Shown here: piece by piece, positions 25,553 through 37,200 of the stretch
Layout: each line of letters opens with the position of its first letter
Numbering within the stretch: position 1 is the stretch's first letter
Assembly: GCA_002269645.1 (NCBI GenBank)
Contig: NIVC01002019.1
Location: 39,040 to 103,039, forward strand
Direction of reading: 5' to 3'
DNA: 64,000 nucleotides
DNA from: Macrostomum lignano
Lineage: Eukaryota
Notes under the pieces: model-generated
Seen by the model: the letters and a program-made list of their open reading frames with translations, nothing else
The model's database searches: none
Told to the model about the DNA's origin: nothing
Position numbers and translations under genes: made by a program

Positions 25553-26026
25553 TCATCGAGTACCCAGAGCCGCTGCGCAGCTGCCAGAGTGCGATCTGTA
25601 GCTGGCATCGGAGCTGCCGGCTGCAGCCAAGTCCTGCTGCGAAGCTGCCCGCCTGCGGCTCCGTCCGTTCAGGCTCGCCGTCTGCTGGCTGGCAACGGCC
25701 GACTGGGCCAGACGGATGTCTCGCATTCGCTGCTCCATCTCCTTGTCTAGCTGGCGCTGCCGTTCAACTAATCGATTTCTCTCTACGATGTTTAATGATC
25801 GGACCATGCGGCCCCGGTCCCGATCGTAGCTGCTGGTCTCCCAGGTCACTTCTTCGCGTTTGTCTCGCTGCTGGCGTTGTCGGATCTCGTATAGCTCAGA
25901 GTTGGTTAGCTGCTGCTGTTGGTGATCTTGCGAAGCTGCTTGCTTGCTTCGACTTGCCGTGTTAAGTCCGTTGCTGCTGTTGTTGCTAAGCGTGATTCCT
26001 GGCATGTCGCGTGCAGCACTGGGCAT
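25553..26026 (-). CDS. Hypothetical 157-aa protein with a central coiled coil
   Basis: ATG-initiated, non-repetitive, GC-rich island like the other exons, and followed by AT-rich DNA. Charged helix LYEIRQRQQRDKREE...LVERQRQLDKEMEQRMRDIRLAQ. Family not recognised; splicing not excluded. Confidence 0.55.
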   Translation of the reverse strand: MPSAARDMPGITLSNNSSNGLNTASRSKQAASQDHQQQQLTNSELYEIRQRQQRDKREEVTWETSSYDRDRGRMVRSLNIVERNRLVERQRQLDKEMEQRMRDIRLAQSAVASQQTASLNGRSRRRAASQQDLAAAGSSDASYRSHSGSCAAALGTR

Positions 26027-26934
26027 GATGGCTCTATTATCTAAGGCTTGCGATTGTAGGATCTGTTCAGATTCCTTTTTTGAATAAGATAGTCGCTTTT
26101 TGTGGCTGGAATTGCGTCTTTATTGGCTCGGCGGCGTCCCTATATATCTGTTTCTGAGTGTAATAAGCAGGAAATCTAAGAGTGACTTTCTTGGCAGTCG
26201 GCCAATGAGCCGCTGGGTTACACAGCCAGTAAGATTCCAGCACTGGAGGCCAAGGAGAGTGTGAGCGAATCAATGTTCCCGAATCGTGTGTTGATAAAAA
26301 CCTTGCTCAGCGCTAGCGAACCACTTGAGCACAATTGACACATTGGCAAACAATTCAGCTAGCTATTTGCTCTGCTAGTCTGGCCCTGGATTTCAGATTG
26401 TGCGAAATGATTGACAAGGCACTAAACTACAGGGTGGAAAGTTGCTATCTCAAAATAAGTCTCGCCTTTGGCCATGCGATCTCACCTGTCGTCGGCGAAG
26501 TGTCTATTTTCATTTTTTAATTTGTCGCATCAGCACTATTTTTTCCAGAGTTTAACCACAACATTCGCTTTGAATTGACAAGTTGAAAAAGTGCAAATTA
26601 GTCCGGATTTGGGTGCAGTCCGCATTGCTGTTTATTTTTCACGCGCGCCCTAATTGAGTGGACCTGCTTGCTTGTGCTGCCATTGAAAAATCCAGATTTT
26701 TCCAGTTGCGTAATCTGATTCTCAGTCTGGCTAGAGATGCTGTGACTTTATTCCATCTTCCTATGCTAATTAGATTGACTTGCACGTTGAATCCAAGCAG
26801 CATTTTTAGCAATGCTTCACCTTGACATTCCGCTCCGTCACTTTAGAAAGCTGTGGGCTTCTAGTGGTTATTGTTTCGGCTATTTCCGCGACTTTCACTT
26901 TTGAAGTGTGAAATTACATCAAATACTTTAATTC

Positions 26935-29900
26935 TAAGCTTAGCTTCCACCTCAGTAGCCCAGGAGTTTAGCTTCCACCTCAGTAGCTCAGGAGTTTAGC
27001 TTCCACCTCAGTAGCTCAGGAGCTTAGCTTCCACCTCAGTAGCTCAGGAGTTTAGCTTCCACCTCAGTAGCTCAGGAGTTTAGCTTCCACCTCAGTAGCT
27101 CAGGAGTTTAGCTTCCACCTCAGTAGCTCAGTAGTTTAGCTTCCACCTCAGTAGCTCAGGAGCTTAGCTTCCACCTCAGTAGCTCAGGAGTTTAGCTTCC
27201 ACCTCAGTAGCTCAGGAGCTTAGCTTCCACCTCAGTAGCTCAGGAGTTAAGCTTCCACCTCAGTAGCTCAGGAGTTTAGCTTCCACCTCAGTAGCTCAGG
27301 AGCTTAGCTTCCACCTCAGTAGCTCAGGAGTTTAGCTTCCACCTCAGTAGCTCAGGAGTTTAGCTTCCACCTCAGTAGCTCAGGAGTTTAGCTTCCACCT
27401 CAGTAGCTCAGGAGTTTAGCTTCCACCTCAGTGGCTCAGGAGTTTAGCTTCCACCTCAGTAGCTCAGGAGTTTAGCTTCCACCTCAGTAGCTCAGGAGCT
27501 TAGCTTCCACCTCAGTAGCTCAGGAGTTTAGCTTCCACCTCAGTAGCTCAGTAGCTCAGGAGTTTAGCTTCCACCTCAGTAGCTCAGGAGTTTAGCTTCC
27601 ACCTCAGTAGCTCAGGAGCTTAGCTTCCACCTCAGTAGCTCAGGAGTTTAGCTTCCACCTCAGTAGCTCAGGAGTTTAGCTTCCACCTCAGTAGCTCAGG
27701 AGTTTAGCTTCCACCTCAGTAGCTCAGTAGTTTAGCTTCCACCTCAGTAGCTCAGGAGCTTAGCTTCCACCTCAGTAGCTCAGGAGTTAAGCTTCCACCT
27801 CAGTAGCTCAGGAGTTTAGCTTCCACCTCAGTAACTCAGGAGTTTAGCTTCCACCTCAGTAGCTCAGGAGTTTAGCTTCCACCTCAGTGGCTCAGGAGTT
27901 TAGCTTCCACCTCAGTAGCTCAGGAGTTTAGCTTCCACCTCAGTAGCTCAGGAGCTTAGCTTCCACCTCAGTAGCTCAGGAGTTTAGCTTCCACCTCAGT
28001 AGCTCAGTAGCTCAGGAGTTTAGCTTCCACCTCAGTAGCTCAGGAGTTTAGCTTCCACCTCAGTAGCTCAGGAGTTTAGCTTCCACCTCAGTAGCTCAGT
28101 AGTTTAGCTTCCACCTCAGTAGCTCAGGAGCTTAGCTTCCACCTCAGTAGCTCAGGAGTTTAGCTTCCACCTCAGTAGCTCAGGAGCTTAGCTTCCACCT
28201 CAGTAGCTCAGGAGTTTAGCTTCCACCTCAGTAGCTCAGGAGCTTAGCTTCCACCTCAGTAGCTCAGGAGCTTAGCTTCCACCTCAGTAGCTCAGGAGTT
28301 TAGCTTCCACCTCAGTAGCTCAGGAGTTTAGCTTCCACCTCAGTAGCTCAGTAGTTTAGCTTCCACCTCAGTAGCTCAGGAGCTTAGCTTCCACCTCAGT
28401 AGCTCAGGAGCTTAGCTTCCACCTCAGTAGCTCAGGAGTTTAGCTTCCACCTCAGTAGCTCAGGAGTTTAGCTTCCACCTCAGTAGCTCAGGAGCTTAGC
28501 TTCCACCTCAGTAGCTCAGGAGTTAAGCTTCCACCTCAGTAGCTCAGGAGTTTAGCTTCCACCTCAGTAGCTCAGGAGCTTAGCTTCCACCTCAGTAGCT
28601 CAGGAGTTTAGCTTCCACCTCAGTAGCTCAGGAGTTTAGCTTCCACCTCAGTAGCTCAGGAGTTTAGCTTCCACCTCAGTAGCTCAGGAGTTTAGCTTCC
28701 ACCTCAGTAGCTCAGGAGCTTAGCTTCCACCTCAGTAGCTCAGGAGCTTAGCTTCCACCTCAGTAGCTCAGGAGTTTAGCTTCCACCTCAGTAGCTCAGG
28801 AGTTTAGCTTCCACCTCAGTGGCTCAGGAGTTTAGCTTCCACCTCAGTAGCTCAGGAGTTAAGCTTCCACCTCAGTAGCTCAGGAGTTTAGCTTCCACCT
28901 CAGTAGCTCAGGAGCTTAGCTTCCACCTCAGTAGCTCAGGAGTTTAGCTTCCACCTCAGTAGCTCAGTAGCTCAGGAGTTTAGCTTCCACCTCAGTAGCT
29001 CAGGAGTTTAGCTTCCACCTCAGTAGCTCAGGAGTTTAGCTTCCACCTCAGTAGCTCAGGAGTTTAGCTTCCACCTCAGTAGCTCAGGAGCTTAGCTTCC
29101 ACCTCAGTAGCTCAGGAGTTTAGCTTCCACCTCAGTAGCTCAGGAGTTTAGCTTCCACCTCAGTGGCTCAGGAGTTTAGCTTCCACCTCAGTAGCTCAGG
29201 AGTTAAGCTTCCACCTCAGTAGCTCAGAAGTTTAGCTTCCACCTCAGTAGCTCAGGAGCTTAGCTTCCACCTCAGTAGCTCAGGAGTTTAGCTTCCACCT
29301 CAGTAGCTCAGTAGCTCAGGAGTTTAGCTTCCACCTCAGTAGCTCAGGAGTTTAGCTTCCACCTCAGTAGCTCAGGAGTTTAGCTTCCACCTCAGTAGCT
29401 CAGTAGTTTAGCTTCCACCTCAGTAGCTCAGGAGCTTAGCTTCCACCTCAGTAGCTCAGGAGTTTAGCTTCCACCTCAGTAGCTCAGGAGCTTAGCTTCC
29501 ACCTCAGTAGCTCAGGAGTTTAGCTTCCACCTCAGTAGCTCAGGAGCTTAGCTTCCACCTCAGTAGCTCAGGAGCTTAGCTTCCACCTCAGTAGCTCAGG
29601 AGTTTAGCTTCCACCTCAGTAGCTCAGGAGTTTAGCTTCCACCTCAGTAGCTCAGTAGTTTAGCTTCCACCTCAGTAGCTCAGGAGCTTAGCTTCCACCT
29701 CAGTAGCTCAGGAGCTTAGCTTCCACCTCAGTAGCTCAGGAGTTTAGCTTCCACCTCAGTAGCTCAGGAGCTTAGCTTCCACCTCAGTAGCTCAGGAGTT
29801 TAGCTTCCACCTCAGTAGCTCAGGAGCTTAGCTTCCACCTCAGTAGCTCAGGAGTTTAGCTTCCACCTCAGTAGCTCAGGAGTTTAGCTTCCACCTCAGT

Positions 29901-31150
29901 AGCTCAGGAGTTTAGCTTCCACCTCAGTAGCTCAGTAGTTTAGCTTCCACCTCAGTAGCTCAGGAGCTTAGCTTCCACCTCAGTAGCTCAGGAGTTTAGC
30001 TTCCACCTCAGTAGCTCAGGAGCTTAGCTTCCACCTCAGTAGCTCAGGAGCTTAGCTTCCACCTCAGTAGCTCAGGAGTTTAGCTTCCACCTCAGTAGCT
30101 CAGGAGTTTAGCTTCCACCTCAGTAGCTCAGTAGCTCAGGAGTTTAGCTTCCACCTCAGTAGCTCAGGAGTTTAGCTTCCACCTCAGTAGCTCAGGAGCT
30201 TAGCTTCCACCTCAGTAGCTCAGGAGTTTAGCTTCCACCTCAGTAGCTCAGGAGCTTAGCTTCCACCTCAGTAGCTCAGGAGTTTAGCTTCCACCTCAGT
30301 AGCTCAGGAGTTTAGCTTCCACCTCAGTAGCTCAGGAGTTTAGCTTCCACCTCAGTAGCTCAGTAGTTTAGCTTCCACCTCAGTAGCTCAGGAGCTTAGC
30401 TTCCACCTCAGTAGCTCAGGAGTTTAGCTTCCACCTCAGTAGCTCAGGAGCTTAGCTTCCACCTCAGTAGCTCAGGAGCTTAGCTTCCACCTCAGTAGCT
30501 CAGGAGTTTAGCTTCCACCTCAGTAGCTCAGGAGTTTAGCTTCCACCTCAGTAGCTCAGTAGCTCAGGAGTTTAGCTTCCACCTCAGTAGCTCAGGAGTT
30601 TAGCTTCCACCTCAGTAGCTCAGGAGTTTAGCTTCCACCTCAGTAGCTCAGGAGTTTAGCTTCCACCTCAGTAGCTCATGAGTTTAGCTTCCACCTCAGT
30701 AGCTCAGGAGTTTAGCTTCCACCTCAGTAGCTCAGGAGCTTAGCTTCCACCTCAGTAGCTCAGTAGCTCAGGAGTTTAGCTTCCACCTCAGTAGCTCATG
30801 AGTTTAGCTTCCACCTCAGTAGCTCAGGAGCTTAGCTTCCACCTCAGTAGCTCAGTAGCTCAGGAGTTTAGCTTCCACCTCAGTAGCTCATGAGTTTAGC
30901 TTCCACCTCAGTAGCTCAGGAGTTTAGCTTCCACCTCAGTAGCTCAGGAGTTTAGCTTCCACCTCAGTAGCTCATGAGTTTAGCTTCCACCTCAGTAGCT
31001 CAGGAGTTTAGCTTCCACCTCAGTAGCTCAGGAGCTTAGCTTCCACCTCAGTAGCTCAGTAGCTCAGGAGTTTAGCTTCCACCTCAGTAGCTCAGGAGCT
31101 TAGCTTCCACCTCAGTAGCTCAGGAGTTTAGCTTCCACCTCAGTAGCTCA
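26935..31150. repeat. 4.2-kb array of a 28-bp unit (TTTAGCTTCCACCTCAGTAGCTCAGGAG), about 150 copies
   Basis: Directly visible, highly homogeneous, with a few recurrent variants. Confidence 0.97.
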
Positions 31151-31297
31151 AAACTTTTAGTATGCTAAGCTTTTACAACTAGTGTTAAAGTTTATATACT
31201 CGCAAAATCATCCTTAAAACCTTCCAGCTGTAAATCGCGAACCCGTCTAGAGTAGTAAATAGTTGTACATTAGTATTAATAATATTAGTAATAAATA

Positions 31298-34200
31298 ATG
31301 CAGCGGCGGCAATCGTCAACTAGAATTAGTCGCAGCAGAGCTGCCGCCGCCGCCGCAGCCGCTGCTGCTGCCGCTGCTTCTCCGGCAAAGAAAGCTGCAA
31401 AAGCAGTGGACGAAGACTCCATCACCAACAAAAGCAACGGCAGCAGCAGCAGCAGTAAAGAGAACGTATCAACGCGGCGCAGCAGAACTCGACGAAACGC
31501 CTCCGCTGACGCTGGCAACGCAGACGATGTCGACGAACCGGCGTACGTGTCGCCGCGCAAGAAGGCTCGGCTGGCCAAGGCGGAGACTCCGGCCTCGGCC
31601 GACGCCGCCAAGTCGGACGCCGAATCGTCGCCAGACGCCTCAGTTGGCAGGCGCAACATAAAGCGGATTATGCAGGCTAAGGACATCTCCCAGGCTACTA
31701 AGAAGGCTCAAATTGCAGAGAGGGTTAGAGTTTTTGATAATATGAACTGTGCTCCGCCCTTGCTGCAAAAGTCCTCTCGCCTTATTTACAATCGCCCTCT
31801 CGCCTTATTGAAAGTCGTCCTCTCCTTATTGAGATATAGGTGATCCTCTCGCCTTATTTACAATCGCCCTCTCGCCTTATTTACAATCGCCCTCTCGCCT
31901 TATTTACAATCGCCCTCTCGCCTTATTTACAATCGCCCTCTCGCCTTATTTACAATCGCCCTCTCGCCTTATTTACAATCGCCCTCTCGCCTTATTTACA
32001 ATCACCCTCTCGCCTTATTTACAATCGCCCTCTCGCCTTATTGAGAGTCGTCCTCTCCTTATTGAGATATAGGTGATCGCACTGCAGGCTCATAAAGAAT
32101 CGCCCTGCAGCCTCACGGGCAATCGCCCTGCAGCCTCATAGGGAATCGCCCTGCAGCCTCACGGGCAATCGCCCTGCAGCCTCATAGGGAATCGCCCTGC
32201 AGCCTCATAAGGAATCGCTCTGCAGCCTCACGGGAAATCGCCCTGCAGCCTCATAGGGAATCGCCCTGCAGCCTCATTGGGAATCGCCCTGCAGCCTCAT
32301 TGGGAATCGCCCTGCAGCCTCATAGGGAATTGCCCTGCAGTCTCATTGGGAATCGCCCTGCAGCCTCATAAGGAATCGCCCTGCAGCCTCATAAGGAATC
32401 GCCCTGCAGCCTCATAAGGAATCGCCCTGCAGCCTCATTGGGAATCGCCCTGCAGCCTCATAAGGAATCGCCCTGCAGCCTCATGGGGAATCGCCCTGCA
32501 GCCTCATTGGGAATCGCCCTGCAGCCTCATGGGGAATCGCCCTGCAGCCTCAAGGGGAATCGCCCTGCAGCCTCACGGGGAATCGCCCTGCAGCCTCACG
32601 GGGAATCGCCCTGCAGCTGCAAATCACTCTCCGCCATCTCAGGAACGCCTTCGCCGAATTGCGGAGCGCCAAAAGCAGCAGCGCCGGCAACCGCAGCGAC
32701 ACGAGCCAGAGGTGTCGGTGGAAGAGTCGGACTCGGAGACCAAGGTCGAGCTGGATGAAAAGTCAGTTGTTGAGAAAAAGCACAAGCGACGGCCAGCTAG
32801 GCAGTCGCCGCCGCCGCCGCCGCCACCGCCCCTAGCGTTGGAGCGAGCGCCAGACACCGGGGAGTCCTTAGTAGACGTGGCACCTCGCGTCTGTCGGCAT
32901 CTGAAGCCGCACCAGGCGGATGCGGTGCAGTTCCTATACGATTGTCTATTCGAGAGTGCAGCGGAGACCCGGCGCGGATCTGCTGGGTCAGGCGCCCTGC
33001 TGGCACACTGCATGGGCCTCGGTAAGAGCCTGTCAGTGATTGCTTTTCTGCACGCTGTGATGCGCCGCTGCAGTCCGAAGGCGCCGCTTGGCGCTCGCTC
33101 CGCTCTGATTGTCTGTCCGCTGAATGTGGCGCTGAATTGGACTAACGAGTTCCGAATGTGGCTAGGCGATGAAGCTACTCAAAGACGGTGCGAAAGCGCT
33201 TTTCTCATTTTTCTCTGGCTCAGATTCCACCAATAGCAATTCCTGGGCTGAGTTGTGTGCTCAGATTCCCCCAATAGCAATTCAGTGGCTAAGTCGTGTG
33301 CTCAGATCCCCCCAATAGCAATTCAGTGGCTGAGTCGTGTGCTCAGATCCCCCCAATAGCAATTCAGTGGCTGAGTTGTGTGCTCAGATTCCCCCAGTAG
33401 CAATTCAGTGGCTGAGTTGTGTGCTCAGATTCCCCCAATAGCAATTCAGTGGCTGAGTTGTGTGCTCAGATTCCCCCAATAGCAATTCAGTGGCTGAGTT
33501 GTGTGCTCAGATTCCCCCAATAGCAATTCAGTGGCTGAGTTGGGTGCTCAGATTCAGCAAGCAGCAGCTGATTTCACAAACCGGCCAACTGTAGATTCGG
33601 CGAGTCCCCGTTACCTATCCGCGAGCTGACCAGCATGCGACTGGGTAGCGATCGATTGACCGCCTGCCGAGAATTTATGGAGACTGGCGGCGTGCTTATT
33701 GTTAATTACGATATGTTTCGCAATTTGGCTCAGGTAATTCATTGTCTACATTATTTCTTAGGGTAAACGGCAAGAGTAACTATACCTGCAATACAAGTAG
33801 AAGATTCTTCGCAATCGGATTAGTGCATAGCTTGACAATCGAATGCCCCGCCTGCTCAAGGGTCGCGGCCTGTCTAACAAGCGGAAGCAGCGCGAACTTT
33901 ATCGCCGAGCACTGCTGGACCCAGGCCCGGACATTGTGGTCTGCGACGAAGGTCACGTGCTCAAATCTGGCGCCACCGGCTTATCCAAAGCCATGTGCGA
34001 GATTCGAACCAAGCGTAGGATTGTGCTGACCGGCACGCCGCTGCAGAACAATCTGATTGAATACTATACCATGGTTAGCTTTGTCAAGCCTAGCCTGCTG
34101 GGTACGCAGAAGGAGTTCGCTAACAGGCAAGTTTTATCAATAAAAATTATTTGATTACACCTGCCCCAATGGCCAGATGTGCAACCGACAGCTCAGCCGC

Positions 34201-37200
34201 AGCTATTGTGCGGCGCATCTGAAGGCTGCGTACGGCTGTTCAGTCCAAGGACTGGGGGGGGGGGGCTGGCACCCATTTTACAGCTGGGTGAACTGAAGCA
34301 ATGCAGAGTTAAGTGTCTTGCTCAAGGACACAAATTGTTCCCGAGTGGGTCAAGAATCGAACCCCCGACCTTCAAGTCGTGAGTCCGACTCTCTAACCCA
34401 CTAGGCTACAAGTCCCCTTTGGTTATTATCCATGCAATTGTGTCATTGTATTATTTATCAGAAAACACCTGCTGTTCGTCGATTTAATACATTCCATTTG
34501 TCTAATAATTGCTTGGACATTTGTCTGAGAATTGTTCTTTGGCGCTGACAATGCCGGACATTTGTCTGAGAATTGTTCTTTGGCGCTGACAATGCCGGAC
34601 ATTTGTCTGAGAATTGTTCTTTGGCGCTGACAATGCCGGACATTTGTCTGAGAATTGTTCTTTGGCGCTGACAATGCCGGACATTTGTCTGAGAATTGTT
34701 CTTTGGCGCTGGCAGTGCCGGACATTTGTCTGAGAATTGTCCCTTGGCGCTGACAATGCCGGACATTTGTCTGAGAATTGTCCTTTGGCGCTGACAATGC
34801 CGGACATTTGTCTGAGAATTGTCCTTTGGCGCTGACAATGCCGGACATTTGTCTGAGAATTGTTCTTTGGCGCTGGCAATGCCGGACATTTGTCTGAGAA
34901 TTGTCCTTTGGCGCTGACAATGCCGGACATTTGTCTGAGAATTGTCCTTTGGCGCTGACAATGCCAGACATTTGTCTGAGAATTGTCCTTTGGCGCTGGC
35001 AATGCCGGACATTTGTCTGAGAATTGTCCTTTGGCGCTGGCAATGCCGGACATTTGTCTGAGAATTGTCCTTTGGCGCTGACAATGCCGGACATTTGTCT
35101 GAGAATTGTCCTTTGGCGCTGGAAATTGGCTCTAGAAAATGTTATAGCTGTCCGCTATGATCTGAAAGTATTGGGAGTGGAAGTGTCTAAAATCTCCTTG
35201 CTCCATCCTATTCCCGCTCAGATTCGTGAACCCCATCAACAATGGCCAGCACTCGGACAGCACCGCCTTTGACGTTCAGCTGATGAAGCGCCGGGCCCAC
35301 GTTCTGCACAAAATGTTGTCCGGCTGCGTGCATAGGCGGGACTACACCGCGCTGACCAAGTACCTGCCGCCAAAGCACGAGTTTATTATCAATATCAGGC
35401 TGGGTGAAGTGCAGGAACAGTTGTATAGGAAATACCTGGACCAGGTGCGACCGCTGCTATTTAGCCATTCGGTGTCGCTGTTTGCCGATCAACAGGTGAG
35501 AATTACTGTTGGATTAGTTAGAAACGGAAGGGGCTGTGTGCAACCTGGCGCAATTCACACAACCGGCGAGAGGCATTGCTGCCCATTCCGCTGACTCCCC
35601 TGAGCAGGCACACAAGCGCGCGGATACGTACGCAGTCATACGCACAGGCACACACTCACACGGGAGTGTACAGCGGCCCTAACTTTATTTATCGTTAGGC
35701 ATGTACACTTCACTGTGCCTTGGGAGTTGGCCCTCAAGGCTGTTAATTGCACGAGCAGAGCCAAGCCGAGATTCCAATTTAGCCAGAAACAAATGTGACT
35801 GCACTTGGAATCGAGCCTGGGCCGCTGGCACATCATTACAATATGAGTGTAACTCGCTAAAAAAACGTCTAGCACTACTTACAACCTAGTAGTATCTGAG
35901 CGGTAAAGCGTCTAACTTTCGTGTCTCTCGGGCCAACTTATCTTTTATATAGAATATAAAAGTTCTCAACTCCCAACCTGAGCACTACTTACCATGAGTA
36001 GTATAATAATAAATGCCGCAGGTTCTCTACCGGGTGTGGACCCATCCGCACTTGCTGAAGCTACACGAAGAGGAGGCGGCCAAGCGGGACCGGTGGACCA
36101 GCAGCGAGGACGACGAGGAGGACGAAGATGAAGAAGATGGAGAGCAAAGAGAAGACTCGGGAGACAGCGATGAGGATGCAGATGACAACAGCGATGACAG
36201 CAGACGTCCGGTGAAGCACCGGCGCCGTCGTTGGCTCGGCAGCAGCGACGACAGCAGCGAGAGCAGCAGCGCGGCGGACAGCAGCAGCGCCGACGAGGTC
36301 GTTACCGGCTGGTCGACGCGAAGTCGCGGCAGCAAAGGCGCTGAAGCGGCCGACAATGCCGCAGCCGCACAGGCGATTGTCCAGCCGGCGCGGCCGCCGC
36401 AGTGGTGGCACCCCATGTACACGGACTCCATGGCTGATGATGTCTCCCTAAGCGGCAAGCTGCACATTCTATTCAGCCTATTGCGCTCGTTTGAAGAGCA
36501 CGGCGATAAAACTTTAGTATTCTCGCAGAGCCTTCTATCGCTGGACATTATTGAACACTTTCTTGACAAGCTGGGCATTGGCCAGCCTGGCGAGGACTAT
36601 CTGCGTCTGGACGGGTCCACTTCGGCCGCCAGTAGGAAGTCCATGTCCGAGGCGTTCAATAAGGAGAGCGACACTCGACTGAGGCTATTTCTAATCAGCA
36701 CCAAAGCTGGCGGGCTGGGTGAGCGATGCTTTTTTTATAGTCCTAGTTAATTAGGCTATTAATTTTCCATTACTGCCGCTTGAAGTAGGCTGGATTGAAA
36801 AGGCGAAAAGGCTCAAATGTGACTGCCAAATAAACGGTCACATTTGAGGGTCAAAAGTGTGACACATTGACACAATGTGACACAATGTCACATTTTTACG
36901 GTCACAAAAAAAGTCGTGACCGTCCCACTTTTATACGTGAATGATAATAACAATAATTGCATTTACTTTTACTGCCGCTATGAGTAGATTAGTGCATCCA
37001 TAGCAAACTAAATTTTAGTTACAAAATTTTATCAATGATTAAAAATCGCCGAATCTCCCACAAATTAATCTTGTTTGAGCCTAACAGTCATTATTAACGC
37101 TCCAACGAGGTCCCTCCCCCACCCCAAATCGCGCAGGCGTGAACCTACCCGCGGCTAATCGCGTCGTGATATTCGACGTCAGCTGGAATCCGTCGCACGA

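Noticed and set aside
26935-31150. Repeat arrays as possible CRISPR loci
   Set aside because: Units are contiguous with no unique spacers, there are no cas genes, and the context is eukaryotic.
35590-35840. Short dispersed repeat shared with about 59675-59735 (GGCACACAC...CTGTGCCTTGGG.GTT.GCCCTCA) and a nearby hairpin
   Set aside because: Ends, TIRs and TSD could not be defined, so it is too fragmentary to call.
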